Source: Leucoraja ocellata (lineage: Eukaryota). From it: a stretch of 64,000 bases of DNA. This document shows, piece by piece, positions 45,901-60,900 of this stretch. Within the stretch, counting starts at the first letter, position 1. Every line of letters begins with the position of its first letter. The position numbers were made by a program, and so were the translations under genes. The notes under the pieces are model-generated. The model was not told the DNA's origin, ran no database searches, and saw only the letters and a program-made list of their open reading frames with translations. The stretch is taken from positions 1,488,001 through 1,552,000 of the forward strand of contig JAWMAR010000175.1 in assembly GCA_036785375.1 (NCBI GenBank). The letters are read 5' to 3'.

Positions 45901-48900
45901 GACTTGGTTTATACTCTCTAGAATTTAGGAGATTGAGAGGGGATCTTATAGAAACTTACAAAATTCTTAAGGGGTTGGACAGGCTAGATGCAGGAAGATT
46001 GCTCCCGATGTTGGGGAAGTCCAGGACAAGGGGTCACAGCTTAAGGATAAGGGGGAAATCCTTTAAAACCGAGATGTGAAGAACTTTTTTCACACAGAGG
46101 AACTCTCTGCCACAGAGGGTAGTCGAGGCCAGTTCATTGGCTATATTTAAGAGGGAGTTAGATGTGGCCCTTGTGGCCAAGGGGATCAGAGGGTATGGAG
46201 AGAAGGCAAGTACGGGATACTGAGTTGGATGATCAGCCATGATCATATTGAATGGCGGTGCAGGCTCGAAGGGCCGAATGGCCTACTCCTGCACCTAATT
46301 TCTATGTTTTTTTGTTTTTTTTAATTTAATTTTTATTAGAAGTACGGTAAATTACAATACTACACAACACATATATCTTAATACATTTTTTGTACCGCTT
46401 CATTTTTTTTTGAGCTTTAAGAAAAAGATAGAAGTAAAGAAAGTAAAGAAAGTGCGCAAGAGTCGTGAAGTGCAAGAGTGTTGGGAAAAGAAAGCCCTTA
46501 GAAAAGAAGTTAGAGAAGGAAGTAAAGTGAGAAAGTAGACCCTAGAGAAGAAAGAAAAAGAAAATAGGAACAATCGCTCTATTATAACATTAAACTCCGC
46601 AGAAAGGGGACTACCAACCAAGTCTGTTTTTGTTGTTTTACCTCCCGTTACCAGGTCCTGATACCATTTATTTATTTATTTAAATTACTATTGCACCTCA
46701 TACTTGTAATAGGTCCAGAAACGTAGACCACGTCTTTTGGAATTGGTCTGCTTTACCTGCTAAGAGGAATCTCATCTCTTCCAGATGTAATGTTTCAAAC
46801 ATATTTGATATCCACATTTTTATTGTTGGTGTGGGCGCATTTTTCCAGAATTTAAGTATAAGCTTTTTTCCCCATTATTAGCCCGTAATTAAATAAATTC
46901 TTCTGAAACACGTTTAGTTCAGGGTTACCTTCCGATATTCCAAAGATAATCCATTCTGGTTTTGGTACTAGTTTTATTTTGATTAATTTTGAAAAAATAT
47001 CAAATATTTCATACCAGAATGTTTGGATTTTTGTACAAAAAACAAAAGAGTGCGCTATGGTAGCTTCTTGACACAGGCATTTATCACAGATTGGTGAAAC
47101 ATTAGGGAAGATTTTATTTAATTTAGTTTTTGAGTAATATAATCTATGTAATGTTTTGAATTGGATGAGCGTATGTCGTACGTTGATCGAACATTTATGC
47201 ACCTGTAGTAAATGATTATCCCAGCTCTCTTTTGAGATTTTTATAGCTAATTCTTGTTCCCAATCTCTTCTAATTCCATCTGTTGTGGGTATTTCTATGT
47301 TTAAAATGATATTATATAGGTACGATATTAAATTAGCTGATTCCGCCTTTGTCTTCATTGCTTCATCCAATAAGTCGGAAGGCTTTCGGTATGATAGTCT
47401 TTTGTGTGTTTTTTCAGATAATCACGAATTTGAAGATATTTAAAATATTGGTTATTTTTCAAATTATATTTCAGTTGTAGTTGTTGAAATGATAGTAATT
47501 TCCCCAATTCATACAGATCTTCGAGCGTTTTGATTCCCATTCTTTCCCATTGTATAAATGATTTGTCTATGATTGATGGTTTAAACGATGGATTATTGAC
47601 TATTTCTATGTTTCTATGTTACAGTTGCCTCAGCCATCTACGCTGCAATCTCGTCCACAGTGCGCATGGGATAGTGAGGCTGTGTTTAAGTCTTTAGGAT
47701 TGATACAAATCCGTATTTCGTCTTTATTCTTCTTTGTTGCCACAACCATGGTGGAGACCCAATCCGAGGGGTCAGCGACGGGAGCAATTACACCTAGAGA
47801 CACCATCCTGTTGAGTTCACTTTGAACATGGTCTTGCATAGCATGGGGAATCCTGTGTGCTGGACGGACAACTGGAAGTATCTTTGGGTTAATGGGAATT
47901 GTGTACTTAACGGGCAACCTGCCCAGCTTGTCGTCAAACAAAGTTTTGTATTGTGTCAGGATTTGTTGAGTAAAGTCACAGGTTTTACTCAGATGACAAA
48001 CAGAAGGGCTGAAAGAGACAAGTCCCAGGTCGCAACAAGCGTTGACATCTAGCAGGGAAGGCACGTCCTCACGAACAACATAAAAACTCAGGTTGTGGAC
48101 ATGTGAGTTAAGACAGCAGCGTAACTCGACTTGACCGATAGGGTGCACTGGACCTCCTACACATGGGAGAAGGGAGGCAGCCGTAGAAGTGACAGTCTCT
48201 GTTTTTCATATCTTTATCAATACAGCTAGACACATGACGTTACACCTGTTCCCTGTGTCAACTTTCTGATAAAAATTCTTGCCATGAACGAGCAAAGCGA
48301 CCTTGTGATCTAGTTGTTTGTGCAGTTAATCAGACAAGGAGTGAACATCCAAGTTAAAATCTTCGCTAGCAGCCTGCAAATCCGTGGGAGCTGGTTGAGA
48401 GCGTTCCGAGAGCAGGCTCTCATGACCGAGTGAATTAACAGATTGTCTTGTTTGCAGTCTGTTGCTACGCGAGTGGCAGCATTTGAAGAAATGGTTCCTT
48501 TGGTAACCAAAACAACATAATTTTTCATACGCAGGGCAACGGTCACGAGCTGCAGCATGCGAATCCCCAGAGTTAAACCAATTGTCTATTAGTCTAACGA
48601 TAGGGCAGTCGGGCACTTGAGGAGAATGGCGAGAGATTTGATAAGACATGCCGGCAACATTAATTTCACGACTTTTGTATGGGCGTCAGCCATTTCAGCA
48701 ATGCGTCAGCGGTTTTCTGCAGTCTCTAGAGTGAGCTCAGCATCTCTCAGTAACACGTCGCATCATTTATCATTGCGGACACCATAGACCAGACGGTCAC
48801 GACTAGGCTGTCATATATATCCCTGAAATCGCATCGACTGGCAATGTGCTTCAAAGCACTAACATACATTTTGACAGGTTCACCCTGTCTCTGGCTTCGA

Positions 48901-51900
48901 GATAAGAACAAATGCCTCTCCATAACTAAGTTAGTTCTTAACTCACATAACTGTCTGAATTTGTGTAGTAGGCAATCAGGATCAAGGATAGATTCAGCGG
49001 GAGCGATCTGGACACCAGCCGGGCCAAACCTCGCCGGTTTATAATGAAATCTTCTGGCATGTCGGGCAGCTTCTGTGCCTGCTAGATTAAGAATTGAAGC
49101 TCGAACACCTGGAGCAGCAGCCGGGTGAGCTGCCTCAATGTAGATTGAGAAATCTTCTTCAAATACGCTCCATCGTTCTGCGAGGTCTTCGTCAAACACC
49201 AGGATCTCTGGTTTTCTGAGAGCAGAAGCCATAGTATAACATAAACCGGAGAAAACAACAAACTAAAGTAAAAGCAATGTAATTAGGCAAGGAGTGAGTC
49301 CGTCACTCTGACACCATGTTGAACTCTGTTGTTGGAATAACTTAAGTCACGCACAGTGATTAAGATCCAAAGACTTTATTAACATTAGAGCAGAGGTAAT
49401 TTCATCTTAACACAACTCAAGACTGAGGGAGAAAGAGAAGAGAAGCTTTCTGTTTAACTAGTGGGTGCAGCTACAAGTATGACTTATAACATGAGTGACA
49501 CTGATCTACGGGGGAGAGGATGGGAGGAGGGGGGGGGATAGTGGAAGGGGGGAGAAGAGGGAGGGGTGTGGAGGGGGGGGAGAGGAGAGAGGTCGGGTGT
49601 GTGGAGAGGAGAGGGAGAGGAGGAGGGGGGGATAGAGGAGGAGGGGGGTAGAAGAGGAGGGGGGTAGAGGAGGAGGAGGGGGAGAGGTTGAGGGGGAGAG
49701 GAGAAGGGGGGAGAGGACGAGGGGGGTAGAGGAGGAGGGGAGCGGGGCGGGTGGGCGGACGGCAGCGTGCGTCAACCAAAGAAATGCGAGTTCAGCAGCT
49801 TCAATCCAGAGGCCGACTTGTTCGTTCTTTCTGCGTCTTTTGAATAATGGGGGCGGGGGAGGGAGTGGTCGAGGGGGGGGGGGGGGTGGTCGGGGTGGTG
49901 AGATCACTCGCAGCATGAGCAAGACAGCAGGCACGCAGACCCATTGTGACGTCACCAGTAAGTTTGTAAGTTTTATTTATATAGCACGTTTTAAGTCAAC
50001 TCGCATTGACACCAAAGTGCTTTACATAAAATAGCTAATAAGTTTCCATTCCATAGAAAAAGGTTAACAAAAAAATAAAGAAAATGGACACAACACATTA
50101 TAGAGTTCAACACAAACGTCCCCCCACAGCAGAATCAAAAATTTCCACTGTGGGGAAAGGCACCAGAAAGTTAAGTCCTCTTCCTCTGTGAAACACCCGA
50201 GGTCGGGGCCCATTTGTGGCCGTGCAGCCAGTCCGATGATTTTCAGGGCCCTCTTGCCGTGAAAGGTGGAACTCCGGCGTCGGGTGAAACAATTCCTCAA
50301 GCAGCGTGGAAAGTCTGGAGCGGCTGCCCCCTCCCCGGAGACCGAGGCACTCGTAGCCCTCAGGCCGCGCCGGTTGGAGCTCCGACCCCGGCGAACTCGA
50401 TCCCTGGCTCCGCGGCGCTCCAAATCCAGCGCTGCCCGCGGCCGGACGCCCGCAGCCACAGCTCCGCGATGTTGGGAGTTGGCGGCCACAGCGCTCCGGA
50501 GCTTACCGCACGGCGACCCGGTAAGGCATCGCCCGCTCCCTGTTGGTATCCCAGCGCTGCACCACCGCCGAAGCTGTAGTCCCGGCCGATCCCGACAGGA
50601 AACGCCGCTCCAATCTCGATGGCAGGCCGCGAGGACGGGGCGAAGAAGCAGCTTGGAGGGATGCTGCCTCTCCGACCAGGTAGGGGACTAAGAAATAAAG
50701 TTTCCCCCTCCCCTCCCCCCCCCCCCCCCCCCCACCCCCCACCCACCACATAAAAGAGCTCCAACTAACTAACACACATTTTTTTTTTTAACAGGACTTA
50801 AAATAAAAAAAAGTGAAGAGACGGACTGCGGGCAGGCTGCCATACACAGACGGCGCCCACTCCTGCACATCCGCCAATGAAAGACAGTCTTTTTTATTTC
50901 AAAGTTTTGTCAGATTTTTTAACATTTTCCATAATAACTCGAGAAATAAAGCATTAAATTTTAAGATAAGGTGATTTCGGACTCCACGGGAAAAATCTCT
51001 ACTGGAACATGTAAAAATGTTACCATTAGTGCGTCGTTTTTTCGAGAAAGTGTGATTATACACAAACAAACACACACAAACATCCAAGATCAGACTTTTA
51101 AGTATATAGATATATCTGATCTCATTGGATAGCATGTAAAACAAGCTTTTCACTGTACCTCAGTATACATGACAATAACACACCTAAACATATACTTTTG
51201 TAAGGAACACTAGTTTCTTAAAATTAATGATTACCTGTTCTTCCATACCATCGTCACAAGTCTTTTCAAACTCCCTCACTTTCAGTTTTGCATCTTGCAT
51301 CTTTTCCTCTGCTGGAAGTACAAAATCTAAAGTTAGTTTTAGATGCGTTTATTGTTGGCCTAAGGCCCACATCATTGCGAGTAATCCATTTTGGAAGTGT
51401 GTACTTTTGAATGAGGTCAGTTGATGGATTTTTCTCTGAAATGTAAATCATTTCTCCTATGGGTTTTAACAGTGTAATTGATAAAATTCACACAGCATTG
51501 ACTACAAGGAGAAAGCCAATCAAAGTTGGCACAAAGTGACTGACATTTGATCATCTGGTGAATTCCAGCTCCTGTTTTTCCAATTCACATCAAATGTTAT
51601 TATATCAGTTTTAACAGAGTTCTGTAATATTACATCAATGTTTAAAAAGTAAGGTTTAATGAAAACAAATCTAATATTCTGTGCTTGTAGAACAAAGTAC
51701 AAATGTTAGCAACATTTGGGAAAGAAAGGCACTGATAACTCAGAGAATAATTGTAGCATGTGCCTTTCTTTAAGATGTGCAGACTATATTTCAAAGTGAC
51801 AAATGGTTATCTAACTTTAGACTTTGAAGATAAAATTAACCTAATGAATGTATAGCTGGAGGAATCATTTTTTTGATTTTTCAACCTAAATCAAAAACTG

Positions 51901-54900
51901 TATCCAACCCCCTAATGATTTATTGGACAATATATACTTCATTTGACCTTAAGAATATAGAACTGTACAGCACAGGAACAGGCCCTTCAGCCCACAATGT
52001 CCGTGCCAAACATGTTGCCAAATTACATTAATCTCCTCTGCCTGCATGTGATCCATATCCCTCCATTCCCTGCAAAGACCGACGTGGAATGTTACACACT
52101 GATGGTAGCCTTCCTTGCTTACTGGGAGTCCAAGATATCCAAAACAGAGAATCTGTGATGTTTACCGATAGAATGAGTCATTGAAAGCATTAATCCCTAC
52201 CTACTTTGACAGCAAGGTCTGCTTCCTTTACTTCTCTCAAAGTACGTACTTTGAATCCTTTGGAAAAGTATGTGTACTTCCTACAGAGATAGTAATGAAT
52301 GTCAATTTAAAATCAAGTCACACTTTCAACAATCGTTGCTTCTAATTTTTTATGGATGTTAGTTCTAATGAAAGCCAACCCTGCAACATACAACCTACCT
52401 TTGCATCAATAACTCAGTACATTTCGCCAGTGATGCAAATCTCAAAAAATACATAAATATTGCTCGTTTCCAATTTCACATTCAATACTTTACAAATAGT
52501 TACCGTAACAAATGTGTTTAATATGGCCATCAGAATATAGAAATACAACATATAAATAGAACTGTGGAAATTAAGGAAAGCTGACTTTAAAAAATAACTT
52601 TTTTTTCTCTGTTAGACTAGAAGAAAGTCATGAATGATCATCAGATTAAAACATCTCCTATTTCTCAATGTGGGAAGGAGGTATATTGTTCTTGAGAAAT
52701 AATATGGTGTAGAATTTCAAAGAGGAGAATTTTAAAACAGGTGCAACATTTGGTCACGGGCAAATAGTTTTCTTACCTGGGTCTGTACAATGAGAAGATG
52801 AGAGGTTTAGCGCGAACCTTCTTCCCCTGGATATAAATCTTCATGTGTGGGTCAATGTACAATATTGCAGCATAGGCTCTGAACGAATAGTGTTCGGGCT
52901 GGCTGTGGAGGTACAATGCGGAAATAGCATCCAAACTTTGCTTTATGGTATTAAGTGTCATCAAAATCAGAAGGGTCAGTCTACCGTTAGAACAAGTATT
53001 GAACTTCAAATATCTTGGTGTTTGGCTCGATCCAACGCTTTCATTTACGAAACATAGTGAGACGATTACTAAAAAACTCAGCTGTAATCTAGCTATTCTT
53101 TACCGCCATATAAATTGTTTCACCTTTCAGATGAGAAAAATAATTGTCTCTCAACTACTACTACCAACACTGGATTATGCTGATATTGTCTATCAGAATA
53201 CATTTGATACACATCTTCAACCTCTCAATGTAGTTTATAATAGTCTTTGCAGATTTATTTTAAGGTGTCCATATATAACTCATGTACGAAACTCTAACCT
53301 GGTTATCCCCCCACGCTCGAAGATGCTACCACTGGTTCCAGTTCATCTTTAAATGCATCCATCTCAATTACCCTTCTTATTTAAAACAAGACCTATTACC
53401 ATACACACCCTCATATTCACTAAGACATATTCAGCAACCTTTCTTTTTCATTCCAAGAACTAACAAAGAAATTGGGAGACGTGCATTTAAATTCAAAGCT
53501 CCTTCTGACTGGAACACTCTGCCTAGTACCATAAGAACTATTAGCTCATTTCGTCTATTTAAAAATACACTTTTACCCTTCCTTATAAAACCATGTACCT
53601 GTTTCTAGTATTAGAGTCTTCAAGCTCCTTTATCTAGCTTGCTCTGTGTGTGATCATTTGCGCTGTAACATATAACTGTTATTATTATTGGATATGTAAA
53701 GTCAATTAACAATTGTTATAAACTATAACAAGTGGGGATGGAGGGATTATGGGATTGGTGTGTGGGTAGGTGGGTCAATGAGAGCCTTTATGTATGTTAT
53801 GTCTTGTGCTGTATGTTTTATGTTGGACCTCCTTGAAAACAAGATGACTGTCCATCTCAAGGGGTTATCCATGAATAAACTTGTTTCAAACTTGTTTCAA
53901 ACCAGTTGAAATATGGTGTAAGAAAGAACTGCAGATGCCGGTTTAAATCGAAGGTAGACACAAAATGCTGGAGTAACTCAGCAGGACAGGCAGCATCTCT
54001 GGAGAGAAGGAATGGGTGACGGTTCCGGTCGAGACGCTTCTTGAGACGTGGTGCTTTTCAATCGACATTCATAAAGAATCTACTGAAGACGGTAGAGATT
54101 TATTTATGCCATCGTAAATAAACATTTAAAATTTGGAGAAAAACTGAGTTGCACTTTAGTATATTTACACCAATGTTACAACCCTAACATTATGCAATAA
54201 AGGAATATTTTTGCTCAATAATAACACCGAAACCTGATGATATTTCCATGGTGATGTATCAAGAAAGCAATTAAGGCAAGCCTTCTAGAGAACCAAACAA
54301 ACAACTGGAAAATCTCCAGTGATATCCCACAGATTACTTGCACAAACCCATTCTATCCGGTCTGAAGAAGGTTCCTAACCCGAAACGTCACCTATTCAAC
54401 ATCTCCAGGGATGCTGCCTAACCCGCTGATTTACTCCAGCAATTTGTGTCTTTCCATTCCATCCAAGTATGGTCTGGAATTAGAGTCAGTAATGACATGA
54501 CTCCAGTCTTACCTGTCACTTAATAGAAACTTACATTCCATTTCTCACCATTCCTGTCAGCAACAGATCGGACGGGTCTGATACAACATCCAGTTCTGGT
54601 TCTCCATCATCATTCAGCTTTACGTTGTAGATAATTACCAGAGTGCCTGCTGAGCAATCACAAATAATGCTTTATCTTGTGTGAAGATTGCTCGGCATAA
54701 TGCAGATGTGTCAGATGTGCTGGAGAAATGTGGAGATGTGCGGTAAACGCATTTCAATCCGACAATGTTCAAAACTTGTGGACTTTGCAGTAATGACCAG
54801 TGGGATTAATAATTCTAAGTGGCTTCAGGACACTATGTCATAATTCATTTGATTTTCATCAAAATTATATCTCAAAAATAAAAACTCCACCATTGATGTA

Positions 54901-57900
54901 TACCACCCAGAATATTTATTTAACTAGTCATAACAGACCTTTCACATTCAAAGGACAATTTACCGATTTTCCAACCTACCTCAGTATGGCCATGCATTTT
55001 TTTCTACCTGCACTTTTTTTTATCTGCTCTTTATCTGTATTTATAATACTATATTCTGCATGCTCTTTATTTTCTCATGTGCACTACCTGATGTACTTGG
55101 GTTTGGTGCGATTTTCATTTTTCATTTTATACATAAAATGTTTTTCATTTTATCTTGACGCATGCGACAATAATAAACCAATAATTATTAGCCAATCATC
55201 AAATATTCAGGCAATTGAATCATCCTACCACAGCCAGCGTGCAGTGCTGAACTACTATCTACCTCTTTGCTGACTGTTGGACTTTGCTGGCTTTACCTTG
55301 CACTAAACGTTATTCCCTTATCATGTATCTTTTCACTGTAAATGGCTCGATTGTAATCATGTATTGTCTTTCTGCAGACTGGATGCCATGCAACAAAAGC
55401 TTTTCACTGTACCTCGGTACACGTGACAAAAAAAAAACTATTCAGTTGATCTTCTGAAGTAATCTGGGTTTTATTTTACATGGTGAACCTTCCGAGTTGT
55501 TTCACAGAGCGGATTCATTAATGTATGAGCATCATTAAATAAATCGCTACCCATTTCTTTTATTGCATCTCTTACCGCTTGATCCTGTAATTTTATGAAA
55601 CTGTTGCATGACATCGAACTCGGTGCTGAATGGGGAATATTTATAAATTAGTGCCATTTCAAGGGAAAACGTCTGGTCATCAGTTTTTATGGATTCCTGA
55701 GTTGAAACAAACCATGATAGCACTGGTACAATAACCTGGAGAACAAAACCAAGACCCAAGCATTAGATATGTTTTAGAAATCAAGAACCTGAATGCCAGC
55801 ATTGTAAACATGCTTCATATTTCATTGTTGCAGAAATAACACCATGGAAATAGGCCCTTTGGCCCAACTCATTCATACTGGCCCAGGTGCCCCAATCCAA
55901 GCAAGTCCCATATTCCTCTGAAACTTTCCTATGCATAAACAGTGCCCTCAAGCCACTCTCTGTCCTTTATTGACCTCTCTCCCCCCCTGGGTTTGTAGTA
56001 GACGTAATCTCGCCTAGAGGGAACAAGGCCAGAGTTCCCCTGTCCCTCACCTTTCACCCCTCCAGCCTCCACATCCCACACATCATTCTCTGACATTTCC
56101 GCCACTTCCAATGTGATCCCACCACCAGTAACATCTTCCCATCTGCGTTCCTTGTGTCGACTTCCTCGAGGAAGCCATCATTTGGAGCTAGCAATTCTAT
56201 TCATAGAAAGGTCCAGCACAAGAACAGGCCATTCGGCCCACAATATCTGTGCTGAACATGATGCCTAGACCAACTCATCTGCCTGCACATGCTCCATATC
56301 CCTCATTCCTTGCATGTCCACGTGCCTATCCAAACGCCTCTTAAATTCCACCATTGTATCTGTCTCAACCACCACCCCCAGCAGCAAGTTCCAGGCACTC
56401 ACCACTGTGTACACAAAAAACTTACACCCAGGTTGAATCTCTTGCTGAAAAAGTAAGTAAAATAATGTGATATTAAAGTTCCCTTTCCTGTACCTCATCA
56501 ATACCTTCTTTCTCATAAAACGTTCGAGATAACAGGATGCAGGTCATGGTATTGGTTTTCTTGGTGAACAGAATGAAGTCCATACCTATTCTCATTGCCC
56601 CTCTACAAGGAAGAAGCAGCAGTTAGATATGCACTATATTTATCTGTGTCATTACATTTACAGGCCTGTGAAGCTGCAGCAAGTAAGAGTGTCATTGTTT
56701 CATTACCAGTACATTTAGCAATTAAACTCTCTTGACTGTCGAGATCTAAAGTGTTGAATATTACGATCCACAAAGTTACAGTATTAGCTTCCCAGACTAC
56801 AGACTATAAACCAGATCACAGAATATGTACAACTTGCTAACCCCAGTTATTCATGACGTCACGAAGATAGACACAAAAAGCTGGAGTAACTCAGCGGGAC
56901 AGGCAGCATCTCTGGATGAAAGGAATGGGTGACTTTTCATGGTGAGACCCTTCTTCAGACAGAATCACCATCAGCCATGATCATATTGAATGGCGGTGTA
57001 GGCTCGAAGGGCCGAATGGCCTACTCCTGCACCTATTTTCTATGTTTCTATGTTTCTAATCTCTCCACAAACTGTAGGCTGCACTAGTCTAGTCTTGACA
57101 AGTATGTACAAGAATAAATGGTAGAAGTTTAACATAAATAGTGAATCTTCTTCTTCTTCTTGCCTATGGCATGCACGGCCTAGAGTTGAAATAGTGAATT
57201 ACATGTTGCAATGCGATTGAAATTAAAAATGGATTTCCAATATTTGTACTGGGAATTATTGAATACAATGGGACAAATAATAACATCTTGAATACTGGTT
57301 TAGGTGTAGGTTTGTCACGTCCATTGAGGTACAGTGAAGAGCTTTGTTCGGAAAAAGAGGGAGATCTACAATAATTATAGGCAGCATGAAGTAAATGAAG
57401 TGCTTGAGGAGTATAAGGAATGTAAAAATAATCTTAAGAAAGAAATTAGAAAAGCTAAAAGGAGATATGAGGTTGCTTTGGCAAGCAAGGTGAAAGTAAA
57501 TCCAAAGGGTTTCTACAGCTATATTAATAGCAAAAGGATAACGAGGGATAAAATTGGTCCATTGGAGAGACAGAGTGGACAGCTATCTGCAGAGCCAAAA
57601 GAGATGGGGGAGATATTGAACAATTTTTTTTCTTCGGTATTCACCAAGGAGAAGGATATTGAATTATGTGAAGTAAGGGAAACTAGTAGAGTAGCTATGG
57701 ATACTATGAGGTTCAAAGTAAAAGAAGTACTGACACTTTTGAAAAATATAAAAGTGGATAAGTCTCCAGGTCCTGACAGGATATTCCCTAGGACATTGAG
57801 GGAAGTTAGTGTAGAAATAGCCGGGGCTATGACAGAAATATTTCAAATGTCATTAGAAACGGGAATAGTCCCCGAGGATTGGCGTACTGCGCATGTTGTT

Positions 57901-60900
57901 CCATTGTTTAAAAAGGGTTCTAAGAGTAAACCTAGCAATTATAGACCTATTAGTTTGACTTCAGTGGTGGGAAAATTAATGGAAAAGATACTTAGAGATA
58001 ATATATATAAGCATCTGGATTAGGAACAGTCAACATGGATTTGTGCCTGGAAGGTCATGTTTGACTAATTTTCTTGAATTTTTTGAAGAGGTTACTAGGG
58101 AAATTGACGAGGGTAAAGCAGTGGATGTTGTCTATATGGACTTTAGTAAGGCCTTTGACAAGGTTCCTCATGGAAGGTTGGTTAAGAAGGTTCAACTGTT
58201 TGATATAAATGCAGGAATAGCAAGATGGATTCAACAGTGGCTGAATGGGAGAAGTCAGAAGGTAATGGTGGATGGCTGTTTATCGGGTTGGAGGCAGGTG
58301 ACTAGTGGGGTGCCTCAGGGATCTGTGTTGGGTCCTTTGTTGTTTGTCATGTACATCAATGATCTGGATGAAGGTGTGGTAAATTGGATTAGTAAGTATG
58401 CAGATGATACCAAGATAGGGGGTGTTGTGGATAAGAAGAGGATTTCCAAAGTCTACAGAGTGATTTAGGCCATTTGGAAAAATGGGCTGAAAGATGGCAG
58501 ATGGAGTTTAATGCTGATAAATGTGAGGTGCTACACCTTGGCAGGACAAATCAAAATAGGACGTACATGGTAAATGGTAGGGAATTGAAGAATACAGTTG
58601 AACAGAGGGATCTGGGAATAACCGTGCATAGTTCCTTGAAGGTGGAATCTCATATAGATAGGGTGATAAAGAAAGGTTTTGGTATGCTAGCCTTTATAAA
58701 TCAGAGCATTGAGTATAGAAGCTGGGATGTAATGTTAAAATTGTACAAGGCATTGGTGAGACCAAATCTGGAGTATGGTGTACAATTTTGGTCTCCCAAT
58801 TATAGGAAGGATGTCAACAAAATAGAGAGAGTACAAAGGAGATTTACTAGAATGTTGCCTGGGTTTCAACAACTAAGTTACAGAGATAGGTTGAATAAGT
58901 TAGGTCTTTATTCTCTGGAGCGCAGAAGGTTAAGGGGGGACTTGATAGAGGTCTTTAAAATGATGAGAGGGATAGACAGAGTTGATGTGGACAAGCTTTT
59001 CCCTTTGAGAATAGGGAAGATTCAAACAAGAGGACATGATTTCAGAATTAAGGGACAGAAGTTTAGGGGTAACATGAGAGGGAACTTCTTTACTCAGAGA
59101 GTGGTAGTGGTGTGGAATGAGCTTCCAGTGGAAGTGGTGGAGGCAGGTTCGTTGGTGTCATTTAAAAATAAATTGGATAGGCATATGGATGAGAAGGGAA
59201 TGGAGGGTTATGGTATGAGTGCAGGCAGGTGGGACTAAGGGAAAAAAAAGATGTTCGGCATGGACTTGTAGGGCCTAGATGGCCTGTTTCCGTGCTGTAA
59301 TTGTTATATGGTTATATTGTTTTGCATGCTATCCATCAGATCAGATAATACTATACATAAATACTATCGAGTGAAACTCAAGTACAATACGGGCAACTGT
59401 TTTACTCGGAGGGTAGTCTGTATCTGGAACGAGCTGCCAAGGGAAGCTGCCGAAGTGGATATACAGTAATTATAACATTTTAAAAACATTTGGGCAGATA
59501 TGTGGATAGGGAGGGTTTAGATGGATATGGGTCAAATGCAGGCAAATGGGACTAGCCCAGTATGCCAACTTGGTCAGTGTGGACAAGATGGGCTGAAGGG
59601 CCTGTTTCAGTGCTGTACAGCTCCATGGCTTTATGATACAACATAATCCAGCCACCATTAAACTTGCAGAGGGTGTATTCTCTTTAACTGGGATGATTGA
59701 GTTAGATTTATAAAAAAGATCCATCGAATGCAAGGAATAATTAAAGTACATAGATCATTGTAGCTGGCAGTGGTGCTGTGGGCGAGCTGTACCCATTCCT
59801 GGGGTAGGGGAGGAGATGGGTTTGGGTGAACACGAGATTCCTCAATTAAGGTGAATTTGAACAATGAAGGTTTGGAAAACAAGTTTCATGTAGTTCTCTC
59901 AGTGATCAGCTATGGCTTCCACTGGCTTGACCCATTCCCTGCCTGTCAAGGATGCTGCCATTCCCCTGAGCTCAGCTGGAATCTCTCCCTCCCAAATTAG
60001 GCAACTCCATTTACTATATTTAACCCATGCACCTCTTGAAGGAAATGCCTCCTCTTTTATCATTCCAAAGTATATTCTGTATATTCTGGGGCAGTCGTGT
60101 TTCTAGACTATCTCACCTTCCAACCTTCATCAGTCTGAAGAAGGGTCTGGACCCGAATCGTCACCTATTCCTTCGCTCCATAGAAGCTGCCTCACCCGCT
60201 GAGTTTCCCCAGCATTTTTGTCTACCTTCCTGCCTAAATGCTTTCTTTTTACAACCCCAGGATCAGCAGTTCAAAACCATCAAGTTTCCCTATCAACACT
60301 GTCTCTAATTCCTGCCCCTAAAGCTCACCGAGCAAAACTATCTCCCTGTGAAGGACTAAGAAGAAAGATGCCCCAGAAACTCACGACTTCAATCCATTTC
60401 CATACTGTCCACTGAATGGATGATCTGATGTCCTCTTCGAAGATTTCCCCAAATGAATAACATCAGCTGCTTCATCTGCAAAGTGCAGAACAAATATTGA
60501 AGTTCAATGTGTTTAAATCCAATAAATACTTTATATGAAGGTACAAGTTCTATATTTTTTATTTCAATAACATGTTTTATTTTTAAGCACTAGTGATGCA
60601 ATCTCTCTGCATAGACATTCCACCTTCAATTCATTTTCATATAGTATCTATTTTGGACAGGTACATGGATTGGAAAGGTTAAGAGGGATATGGCCAAATG
60701 TAGGGAGGTGGGACTAGTGTAGGTGGGGCATCTTGGTTGCCATATCCAGTTGGGCTGAAGGGCCCATTTCTGTACTATATTTAGTTTTAGTTTAGTGATA
60801 CAGCGTGGAAACAGGCCCTTCGGCCCACTGGGTCTGCGCTGACCAGCGATCCCCGCACATTAACACAGTCCTACACCCACTAGGGACAATTTTTACATTT

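Larger units (their letters stand above)
43551..51110 (-). mobile_element. Non-autonomous Helitron termini enclosing nested elements
   Basis: On the minus strand: 5' end A|TCTATATAC at 51110; 3' hairpin GGGACCCATTGGGTCCC followed by CTAG|T at 43551; AT target with no duplication; the flanks rejoin into one repeat tail. Confidence 0.7.

Noticed and set aside
44522-46079. Active autonomous LINE or a domesticated reverse transcriptase
   Set aside because: It is 5'-truncated with frameshifts and stops, as is 57335-59320; both are ordinary CR1 copies.
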